A DNA stretch of 64,000 nucleotides from Mobula hypostoma (lineage: Eukaryota): assembly GCF_963921235.1 (NCBI RefSeq), contig NC_086100.1, forward strand, positions 202,742,001 to 202,806,000, written 5' to 3'. The notes under the pieces are model-generated. The model ran no database searches. It had not been told where the DNA came from and was given only the letters and a program-made list of their open reading frames with translations. Shown one piece after another: positions 39,030 to 50,117 of the stretch (the stretch's first letter is position 1; each line of letters starts with the position of its first letter). A program made the position numbers and the translations under genes.

Positions 39030-40650
39030 GACAAAAGTGAGACCCTTACTGAGGACAGAGTGTTTTGCCTCAGAGAGGGGAAGGTCGGAGGGAGTGGTGA
39101 ATACCTGGGATCGGAGGAGGGAAGAGGGTTGGTCGTGTCTGAGGGGAAGGGATGTTTGGGGTGTTCAGGGATGGTGGGGTAAGGGGATTGAGTCTCCGAG
39201 GGCCCAAGAGCTGGCGGTGGGGCCTGAGAGTGACAGGATTGCGGGGTGGCGGTGGGGAAAGGGAGACGTGGGTTCCAGTGGCAGCATGTGAAGATCCAGC
39301 CTGGAGCTCAAGGCCGGAGTCAGGATTAGAGGTTGTGGAATTGGCACTTTGGAGGTGTCCAGAGTTGTTGGAGGTTGTGGAATCGGCACTTTGGAGGTGT
39401 CCAAGGTCATTGGAATCTACACTGATGACGGTGGAGTCCGGGTTATGAGTCCGCTCTGGATTGTTTGAGTCATTGAGATCAGCAGCAGGGATCACAGTCT
39501 GGAGACAGCCAGGGCTGACGGCGTAGGAGGCAGCAGGTTCTGTGGTCTGTAGACAGGTGACCTTCCGATCCTTGCAGGACATGAGAAAGTCAAACCGGCA
39601 ATTGAAAGTGTGGATCCGGCAGAGGATAAAGAAGCATACAGGTCCATTACAGGCAGCAGAGAGAGAATCCCAGAGCTGTAGAAGTGACTGGGATAGGGAC
39701 ACCAGGCACCTCCTTATGGCGGAAAGCGTGGAGCGTAGAATGCGGCGGGAACAGCAGAGGGAAGAGCAGTCAATTGATGGTGAGTACCTGGGGTCCTCGG
39801 AGGGTCCAAATCGAGCAGCTTGAATACAAATCTGGAAACGGTGTGGTACAAGCTGGCAGGAAGACATGCTCCCAGAGAGGATACGTGGCTGTAGTAGTGG
39901 GTCTGGGTAAGCACTTGGTCAAAGGGTCAGAGAGCAACAGGGATCACAACGGGGGAGCAGTGAGAGAGAGTTTCACTGAACTCCCTTCAAAGGCAGGATT
40001 TAAACTTCTTCAGGGTAGCCATCCCTGGAAGAAACTTTGCGGAGCAGTAATCAAATCACAAACAAGAGAAAATCTGCCAGTGCTGGAACTCCAAACAACA
40101 CACACAAAATGCTGGAGGAACTCAGCAGGCCAGGCAGCATCTATGGAGAAAAGTACAGTCGATGTTTTGGGCCGGGACCCTTCGGCAGGACTGGAGAAAA
40201 GAGATGAGTAGATTTAAAAGGGGGGGGGGAAAGGGGAGAAGAAACACAAGGTGATAGGTGAAACTAGGAGGGGCAGGGATACAGTAAAGAGCTGGGAAAT
40301 TCATTAGTGAAAGAGATACAGGACTGGAGAAGGGGGGAGTCCAATAGAAGCAAATAGAAGGCCATGGAATAAAGAGAGTGGGGGTGGAACACTAGGGGGA
40401 GGTGATGGATTGGGCAGGGAAGGAAATAAGGTGAAAGTGGGGAAAAGGGGATGGGGAATGGTGAGGGGGTGGGGGGAGGCCATTACTGGAAGTATAAGAA
40501 ATCGATGTTTCTTAAAGGGCTGGGAAGTAGATTGGTGAAGGAGACAGAAGGAAAAGTGGGGAGGAGCATGGGGGGGGGATGATGGGCAGGCGAGGAGAGG
40601 GAAAAGGGGAAGCTAATGATGAAGGGGGGGCATTACCGGAAGTATGAGAA
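39030..40650 (-). mobile_element. Penelope-like element, 5' portion plus upstream direct pseudo-LTR (continues 30293-32801)
   Basis: Resumes at the PSDLPLSE..VLSKGL-encoding sequence; pseudo-LTR 40060-40650 resembles 30293-30650 in the same orientation. Confidence 0.75.
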
Positions 40651-40869
40651 ATGGGCCCATTTATCTTCTGCCAATTTCAGGAGTTGCTTCTCCACCTCAT
40701 GCGGTCATCTGCAAGTTTCTCCCAGTACTCAATACTAATGTCCGGTGCCTTCATGCGTGGCTTGCAAACAGTTGCAGGCAATGAGTGGCTCTCTTGCCTG
40801 AAGCTGGCTCACTTTTGGGATGAGGCCTACGCTGCTCCTGCAGGGTGTACACACTATGTGCATGGCTCC

Positions 40870-42650
40870 ATTATTAAGAGAGGCGAGATTGGATATCGGA
40901 CCACTGGAAAACGATGCTGGAGAGGGAGCAATGGGGGGGGACAAGGAAATGGTGGATGAACTGACTAAGTATTTTGCTCAGTTTTCACTGTGGAAGACAC
41001 CAGCGTATGGTGGAAGTTCCAGGTGTCGGAGGGGTCAGGAGCGTGTGTAGTTGCCATTACTAGGGAGAAGGTTCTTGGGAAACTGAAAGTTCTGAAGTTA
41101 GATATATCACCTGAACCAGATGGTGTATGCCTCAAGGTTCTGAAAGAGGTGTCTGGAGAGATTGTGGAGGCATTAGAAATGATCTTTCAAGAATCACTTG
41201 ATTCTGGAATGGTTCCAGAAGACTGGAAAATTGCAAATGTCACTCCACTCTTCAAGAAGAGAGAAAAGCAAATGAAAGCAAATTATAGGCCAATCAGTCT
41301 GATCTCAGTGGCTGGGAAGATGTTAGAGTGAGGATGTGGTTTCCGGGCACTGGGAGGCACATGATAAAATATGCTGTATTCAGCATGGTTTCCTTCAGGG
41401 AAAATCTTGCCTGACAAATCTATTGGAATTCTTTGAAGAAATAACAAGCAGGATAGACAAAGGAGAATTGGTTAATATTACAAGACTACTTCTATACATA
41501 GTAAGACTATTCTTGACTACAATAACCATAGAGGCATTGATGACAGGCATTGATCGTGTGGGTAGTCAGAGGCTTTTCCCCAGGGCTGAAAAGACTAACA
41601 CGAGAGGGCACAGTTTTAAGGTGCTTGGAAGTAGGTACAGAGGAGATGTCAGGGGTAAGTATTTTATGCAGAAAGTGGTGAGCGCGTGGAATGGGCTGCC
41701 AGCGACGGTGGTGGAGGCGGATATAATAGGGTCTTTTAAGAGACTCCTGGACAGGCTAATGAAGCTCAGAAAAACAGAGGGCTGTGGGTAAGCCTAGGTA
41801 ACTTCTAAGGTAAGGACGTGTTCGGCACAGCTTTGTGGGCCGAAGGGCCTGTATTGTGCTGTAGGTTTTCTATGTTTCTATGTTATGTAAAACCAGGGAC
41901 CAATATAGCTGCAGCATTACCTCTTGGCTCTTAAACTCAATCCCACGGTTGATGAAAGTCAATACATCGTATGCCTTCTTAACCACACAGCCAACCAGGA
42001 TGCTGTCTGGTTTAGAGAGTATGTATTATGATCAGTATTAAGGGAGCTAGGGCTTTACTCTTTGGAGAGAAAGAGGATGAGAGGAGACATGACAGAGGTG
42101 TACAAGATAATAAGAGGAATAGATATAGTGGATAGCCAGCGCCTCTTCCCCAGGGCACCACTGCTCAATACAAGAGGACAGGCTTTAAGGTAAGGGGTGG
42201 GAAGTTCAAGGGGGATATTAGAGGAAGGTTTTTTACTCAGAGAGTGGTTGGTGCATGGAATGCACTGCCTGAGTCAGTGGTGGAGGTAGATACACTAGTG
42301 AAGTTTAAGAGACTACTAGACAGGTAAATGGAGGAATTTAAGTTGGGGGCTTATATGGGAGGCAGGATTTGAGGGTCAGCACAACATTGTGGGCCAAGGG
42401 GCCTGTACTGTGTTTACTATTCTATGTTCTAATCTGTTGGAATTCTTTGAAAAAAATAACAAGCAGGTTAGACAAAGGAGAATCGGTTGATGCTGTGTTC
42501 TTGGATGTGTGGCCTTTGACAAGGTGCCACACACGAGTCTGCTTAACAAACTATGAGCGCCTGGTATTACAGGAAAGATTTCTAATCTGAATAAAGCAGT
42601 GGCTGATTGGCAGGAAGCAAAGAGTGGGAATAAAGGGAGCCTTTTCTGGT
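40870..42650 (+). mobile_element. Nested CR1 fragments of three subfamilies
   Basis: MVPEDWKIANVTPLFKK and QHGFLQGKSCL; two inserted 3' ends with tails near 41885 and 42430. Confidence 0.82.
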
Positions 42651-45623
42651 TTCAGCTTTGGCTCTACTCTTGGTCTTTTAAGCTTTCTGAGTCTCAGGTG
42701 CATCACGCTGGTTATTGGTATGTGATCACTGTAGCAGTCTGCACCTGGATATGTTTTGCTTGATTTCAGAGCATTTCTATACCTTCTCCTTATAAGCACA
42801 TAATCAGTCTGGTTTCTGGTGTTATCCCCGGGCTCCTCCATGTCCATAGTTTTCTCGGGTGTTGCTTGAAGATGGTATTACCAATTGTATAATCTTTTTC
42901 TGTGACCCATGTAGCCAGTCGTTCACCTCTCTCATTTCTCTCACCTATGCCGTAATGCCCAATATTGTCCTCGTCCCTGGTCTTGCCTACTTTTGCGTTG
43001 AAGTCACCTTGAATAATGGCATTTTCTGAGCTTTTACATTGTCCTTATGCTGTTTCTAGTTCATCATAAAATTGATCGATGCTTTCTTCACTGCTGTCTG
43101 CTGTTGGGACATAAACTTGAACGATGTTCATGTCAAAAGGTTTACATTCAATCTGATATTGTCCAATAGCCTTTTATTGATTTTGCATGTTCTTCATCTA
43201 CCAAAATTCCAACACATTTTTCATGCATTTCTCCTCCTGGGTAATGATGGTATATCCCTCTGAGCTGGTAAAACCAGCTCCTTTCCACCTCATCTCGCAC
43301 ATTCCCAAGTTGCTGATTTTTAAATTTTCCATTTCCTGTTTGATGTTGTCTAGTTTGCCAGGTTGGTTAGGGTTCTTACATTCCAGGTTGCTAGTCTGAT
43401 CTTCTATGCTATTAATCTGCCGACAGTCGCTGGAGAACGGTTGAGGTTCACCTGTGGCTCATGAGATCCTCTACCGGATGAGGCTCCATTCACATCTTTG
43501 AGCTGAGACCATAGTTGACCTGAGTTCATGATTGTACAAGGGAGGAATACTGAAGTAGTTTCCCGTTGCCTTCTTCAGTTGCAGTGACATCAAAAATGAA
43601 TTCCAAATAACAGTGAAGAGCAAATTCGAGGCTCTACAAAACATCACTATTATAGAACAGCAATGGGAAAACCTCAGAGACAGAGGAACACAAGCAGCAC
43701 AAGAGGTGATTCCCAAACAAGAGAAAAAAGCTAAAAAGAAATGGATGACAGAAAAAATTCTGAATCTTATGGAACAAAGAAGAAAATGTAAGGAAAACAA
43801 AGAAGCCTACGTATCCTTGCATGCACAAATAACAACCAAGTGCAAGGAAGCAAAAGAAAAGTGGCTTCAGGACCAGTGTGAGTAAATAGAACAATTGCAG
43901 AGGACCAACAACAGCAAACGTATGCACGACAAGATCAAAGAAGTCACAAATCGGAAGAAAAGCGGGGCAACAACAGGATGTATGAAAGCAAAAGACGGCT
44001 CTACAATTATGGAAAAAGGAAAAATAATGCAAAGATGGTCAGAATACATCAAAGACCTACACAACGACAAAGACCGAGAGGACAACTTTGATATTGGCAA
44101 CAACAACGAGAGCCCCGCAATATTGAAAGAAGAAGTGGAACAAGCTATGAAGAAAATGCGAAAGGGGAAATCATCAGGACCAGATAACATTCCGGTTGAA
44201 CTGTATGAAGCGCTAGAAGATTTTAGTGTAGAGAAATTAGCAATCTTATTGAATAGAATATACAACTGTGGCAAAGTACCAGAAGATCTTTTAAAGACAG
44301 TAGTCATTGCACTGCCAAAGAAACCAGGTGCAACAGAGTGTAAACAACACAGAAAAATTAGTTTAATGAGTCACCTCACAAAAATTCTACTTAGAATCAT
44401 CATGCTCAGAATAAGAAACAAAATTAAACCGGATATCAGTGAAGAACAGTGCGGCTTTGTCGAAGGCAAGGGAACATCAAACACCACTTATATTCTCAGG
44501 GATATTATCAGAAGGTCAATAGAAGTACTACAAGACCTATACTTCTGTTTCATTGACTACACAAAAGACTTTGACACAGTGAAACACCAAGTCATCATGA
44601 AAATGCTTAAAGATATAAATATTGATAGAGAAGATCTAAGAATAATCAGGAATCTTTACTGGCAACAAAGTGCAGCCATACAGATAGACAACGAGATTGG
44701 TGAATATCAGCCAATAAAGCAAGGAGTCAGACAGGGTTGTGTTCTATCACCAGACCTGTTCTCCCTCTACAGTGAAAACAACATGAGAACCATACAACAC
44801 CTACCTGGAAAAAGTATAGGAGGATACAATATCATCAACCTCTGCTATGTGGATGATACAGTACTGATAGCAAACAGTGAAGTCAATTTACAGAAACTAG
44901 TATCTACCATCAACACAGAGAGAGAAAGACTTAGCCTAACCTTAAACAAAAAGAAAACTGAAGTAATGATAATATCAGAGAAACCTGATATCCCAAACTG
45001 TCGGATTGTATTGGGAAATGAAATCCTGCAACAAGTTCACAACTTCAGGTACCTTGGAGTTATCATGGGTAACATCTGACGGAAAATACGAAACAGATAT
45101 AACAGCAAGACTAACAATGGCAAGAACAGCATTTACAGAAATGAGAAACATTCTAACGAACAAGAGAATAACAATTGACATCCTCCTTAGAACCCTCAGC
45201 TGCTACATTCTTCCTATATTGATGTACGGCTGTGAGTCATGGATCATCACAAATGCAATGGAAAAAAGAATCAATGCAGCAGAGATGTGGTTCCTCAGAA
45301 GAATCCTATGCATATCATATACGGACAGGATAACCAATGAAGAAGTTCTACAGAGAATGACAAGAAAATGTACATTACTTTAAAAAAAATTAGAAAACAG
45401 CAATCAAAATTCTTTGGACACAGCATGCAAAGAGAGACATGAGAACATTTAGTTACAACGGGAAAGCTGGAAGGGAAAAGAAGCAGAGGCAGACAGAGAA
45501 TGGAAATGATAGATGGAATAACATCACGGTTAAAAAGGGGAGGCCACAACTACGATTCAGAGGGTCAGGGACCGTGATGGATGGAGAGACATGATCGCCC
45601 ACACTGAACGGCAAGGCACCTGA
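42651..45623 (+). mobile_element. RTE-clade (BovB-like) LINE with inverted 5' segment (42651-~43582 on minus)
   Basis: Minus: RNQTDYVLI...TYPGADCYSDH. Plus: 394-aa ORF with ISLMSHLTKILL, GVRQGCVLSP and YVDD, then ILMYGCESW...INAAEMWFLRRIL. Confidence 0.9.
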
Positions 45624-48600
45624 AACAACCAGTGACTAGCAGTGTCCCACAGGGTTCTATGTTGGGACACTACTTGTTATGTCAATGAATTTGATGATGG
45701 AACTGATGGCTTTGTTGCAAAGTTTGCAGTCGATATGAAGATAGTTGGGGGGGGGGCGCAAATAGTTTTGAGGAAGTAGAGAGGTTCAAAGGAAGTTCAC
45801 AAAAATGATTCAATATTGAACATATGAAGAGTGTTTGATAGCTCTGGGCCTGTATTCACCAGAATTCAGAAGAATGAGGGGTGATCTAATTGAAACTAAT
45901 CGAATGTTGCAAGTTCTGATCGAGTGGATGCAGAGAGGATGCTTCCGATGGTGAAAGATCCTGAGACCAGAGGGCACAGCCTTAGAATAGATGGGTGTCT
46001 GTTTAGAACAAAGATGAAGTGGAGTTTCTGTCGCTATAGTGGTGAATCTGTGGAATTTGTTGTCACAAACAGCTGTGGAGGCCAAATCTTTTTATATATT
46101 TAAGGCAGAGGTTGATAGATTCTTGATTGGTCATGGCAGGAAGGGATATGGGGAGAAGGCAGGAGATTGGGGCTGAGAGGGAAAATAGATGGGATAAAGA
46201 ATATAAGAGCAGGGATGTGATGTGATGTGATGCAGGGATGTGACCATATCTTATGGTCTTTTCATAAAAAGGTCCAAATCTGCTCCTATATCTTATTGTC
46301 TAATCTCATCATTCGGTACTTAACCCATAGTTTTCTATGCAATAATGATCCAAGGGTAGTTTAGATGCTTAAATGCTATCAGAGAGCTGCCAGTCAGAGC
46401 CGATCCAGGAGTCCATTAGCTGCCAGTCACAGCCGATCCAGGAGTCCATTAGCTGCCAGTCACAGCCGATCCAGGAGTCCATTAGCTGCCAGTCACAGCC
46501 GATCCAGGAGTCCATTAGCTGCCAGTCACAGCCGATCCAGGAGTCCATTAGCTGCCAGTCACAGCCGATCCAGGAGTCCATTAGCTGCCAGTCACAGCCG
46601 ATCCAGGAGTCAATTAGCTGCCAGTCACAGCCGATCCAGGAGTCCATTAGCTGCCAGTCACAGCTGATCCAGGAGTCCATTAGCTGCCAGTCACAGCCGA
46701 TCCAGGAGTCGATTAGCTGCAGGCCATAGTCTCCATGCAGCACAGAAACGATCCTCCAAGAATCACGAGATTCTGGAATGGCACTGGAGGACTGAAAAAC
46801 TGCAAATATCACTCCGCTCTTTAAGAAGGGAAGGAGGCAGAAGAAAGGAGATTATAGGCCACTTAGCCTGACTTCGGTACTTGAAAAGACCATTGGAGCC
46901 CATTATTAAGGATGAGGTTTCGGGTACTTGTAGGCTCATGATTAAACAGGCCAAAGTCAGCCTGGACTGAAAGGAGCTGCAGAGGGTCATAAATTTAGTC
47001 AGCTCCATGTTGGGCACTAGTCTACGAAGTACCCAGGACAGCTTTAGGGAGCGGTGTCTCAGAAAGGCAGCGTCCATCATTAAGGACCTCCAGCACCCAG
47101 GCCATGCCCTTTTCTCACCGTTACCATCAGGTAGGAGGTACAGAAGCCTGAAGGCACACACTCAGCGATTCAGGAACAGCTTCTTCCCCTCTGCCATTCG
47201 ATTCCTAAATGAGTATTGATCCCGTGAACACTACCTCACTTTTTAAATATATATTATTTCTGTTTTTGCATGGTTTTAATCTATTCAATATACATGTACT
47301 GTAATTGATTTACTGATTTTTTTTTCTTCTTCTATATTATGTATTGCATTGAACTGCTGCTGCGAACTGTATTGCTATATTTATGCTCTATTCTTGGTCG
47401 GTGCAGCTGTAATGAAACCTAATTTCCTTCGGGATCAATAAAGTATGTCTATCTATCTATCTAACAAATTTCATGACACATGCCGATGATAATAACCTGA
47501 TTCTGGCTTCCTTAATGGGAATTCTTGCCTGATAAACCTTTTGCAATTTTTTAAGGAAATATATAAAGGACAGTCAGTGGATGTCATTTATTTGGATTTT
47601 CAGAAGGTCTTTGACAAGGTGTCATACGTCAGGCAGCTTAACAAGATGAGAGCCCAAGGTATCACAGGAAAGGTACTAGCATGGATAGAAGATCGGCTGA
47701 TGGGCAGGAGGCAGAGTGGGCCCATTCTGGTTGGCTGTCGGTGACAAGTGGTGTCCTACTCGAGCGTGTTGGGGCTGTTTCTCTTCATATAATACTGTAT
47801 GTCAATGATCTGGATGACAGAATTGATGGCTTTGTAGCCAAGTTTCCAGGTGATACAAAGATAGGTGAACGAGCAGGTAGCGTTGAGGAAGCAAGAAGCC
47901 AGCAGAAGGACCTAACAGATTGGGAGAATGGGCAAAGAAGTGGCAGATGAAATATAGCGTAAGGAAGGGTGTATGTTCATACACTTTTGATAGAATAATA
48001 AAGGCATAGACTATTTTCTAAATGGAGAGAAAATTCTAAAATCAGAGATGCAAAGGGACATGGGAGTCCATGTGCAGGATTCCCTAAAGATTAACTTGCA
48101 GGTTGAATCAGTGGTAAGCAAGGCGAGTGTAATGCTACCATTCATTTCCATACGACTAGAATACAAGATCAAGGATGTAACACTGAGGCTTTTTAAGGGC
48201 ATTGGTCAAACCACACTCGGAGTATTATGAGTAGTTTTGGACTGCTGATCTGAGAAAAGGTACAGCACAGAGACTGGCCCTTTGGCCCATGTCGTCCAGG
48301 ACAAAACAATTTAAACTATCTAGTCCCAGGGATCTACACGGACCACAGCTCTCCATACCTTGATTAGCCATGAACCAATCCAAACTTCTTTTAAGTGTTG
48401 AAATCGAGCTCAACTGTGCTGGCAGCTCATTCCACACTCTCATGACCCTGTGAGTGAAGATATACTGACATAGGAGAGGGTTCAGAGGAGGTTCACAAGA
48501 ATGATTTGGTGAATGAAAGGGTTAATTTATGAGGAATGTTTGATGACTCTGAGCCTATACTCACTGGAGCTTAGAAGGGTGAGCGGGAATCTCAGTGAAA

Positions 48601-49868
48601 CCTATTGAATATTGAACGGCCTCAGTCGACTGGATGTTTCCTGCAGTGGGAGAGTCCAGAACCAAAGGGAACAGTGTCAGAATAAAGGACATTCCTTTAG
48701 AATGGAGAAGGAGAATGTCTTTAGCCAGAGGGTGGTAAATCTGTAAAATTCATTGCCAGATGGCTATGGAGGCCAAGTGATTGAGCGTATTTAAATTGGA
48801 GGATGATAGGTTCTTCATTTAATCAAGGCTTAAAAGGCTACAGGGAGAAGGCACTTGAATGGGATTGTGGGGAATAATAAATCAGCCATGACTGAATGTC
48901 ACAGCAGACTCTGCCATCTGCCTTTTTGATGGGCCAGATGGCCTAATTCTGTTCCCAAGTCTTATGACTGGCCCAAATCTGCTCCTATATCCTATGGCTT
49001 TACTCTCCATCTCCAGTCTTCATGCTTTTTAAAAGTTCTATAGGGTCACCCGTCGGACTCTGATTATCTTGTCTCTCCTTGCTACTCAATTCTCCAGTCC
49101 CAATCTTATCTGTGCCCTAAAGCTAAAGTCAGGTGTATTGGTATTACTGTGGAGTAAAGGGAATTACAGAGACATGAGAGAGGAGATGGCCAGGATTGAC
49201 TGGAAAAGAACACTGGCAGGGATGACGGCAGAGTAGCAACGGCTGGAATTTCTGGAAGCAATTCAGAAGACACAGGATATATGCATCCCAACGAGGAAGA
49301 AGCATTCCAAAGGCAAGATGACACAACCGTGGCTAACAAGGGAAGTCAAAGTCAACATAAAAGCCAAAGAGAGGGCATATAATAGAAAAAAAGTTAGTGG
49401 GAAGTTAGAGGATTGAGAAGCTTTTTAAAAACCAACAGAAGGCATCTGAGTAGGTCATTAAAGTAAAGATGGAATATGGAAGTAAGCTAGCCAATAATAT
49501 TAAAGGGGATACCAAAAGTTTCTTCAGATACGTGAAGTGTAAGAGAGGCGAGAGTGAATATCCGACCACTGGAAAATGATGCTGGAGAGGTAGTAATGGG
49601 GGACAACAAAATGGCAGATGAACTGAATAAGTATTTTGCATCAGTCTTCAGAGTGGAAGACACTAGTAGTGTGGTGGAAGTTCCTGGTGGCAGGGGGCAT
49701 GAAGTGTGTGAAGTTGCCATAACTAGAGAGAAGGTTCTTGGGAAACTGAAAGGTCTGAATATAGATAAGTCACCTGGACTAGATGGTGTACACTCCAGAG
49801 TTCTGAAAGAGTTGGCATGAGGGATCATAGAAGCATTAGTAATGATCTTTCAAGAATCATTAGATTCT
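45624..49868 (+). mobile_element. Degenerate CR1 fragments with an inserted Rex1/Babar 3' end (about 46962-47505)
   Basis: VDVIYLDFQKVFDKV and NIRPLENDAGEVVMG; Rex part RCLRKAASIIKD..HPGHALFSPLPSGRRY. Confidence 0.75.
46385..46720. repeat. 33-bp minisatellite, about 10 copies (AGCTGCCAGTCACAGCCGATCCAGGAGTCCATT)
   Basis: Periodicity read directly; near-perfect copies. Confidence 0.97.
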
Positions 49869-49930
49869 GAGCAACACTCACAAGACGCTGGAGGAACTCA
49901 GCAGGTCGGGCAGCATCCGTGGAAAAGATT

Positions 49931-49966
49931 GGTCGACGTTTCGGGCTGGAACCCTTCGTCAGGACT
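49931..49966 (-). ncRNA. Minimal hammerhead ribozyme motif, intact core
   Basis: Minus strand reads AGTC-CTGACGA-A-GGG TTCCAG CCC-GAAA-C GTC-GAC. Confidence 0.75.
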
Positions 49967-50117
49967 GAAGAGGGAAGGGGCAGAGGCCCTATAAAGAAGG
50001 TGGGGGGAGGGTGGGAAGGAGAAGGCTGGTAGGTTCCAGGTGAAAAACCAGTAAGGGGAAAGATCAAGGGGTGGGGGTGGGGGAGGGGAAGCAGGGAGGG
50101 GATAGGCAGGAAAGATG

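Noticed and set aside
39330..39405. 42-bp tandem duplication
   Set aside because: It is an in-frame duplication within the low-complexity N-terminal region of the Penelope ORF, with no independent significance.
43895..45079. Retron, DGR or domesticated reverse transcriptase
   Set aside because: It is an ordinary RTE LINE ORF with flanking stops and frameshifts and a YADD-to-YVDD change; no template/variable repeat pair is present.
46365..46812. SR-rich or Cys/Trp-repeat protein ORFs
   Set aside because: They are a by-product of a stop-free 33-bp tandem repeat among LINE debris, with no splice or other gene context.
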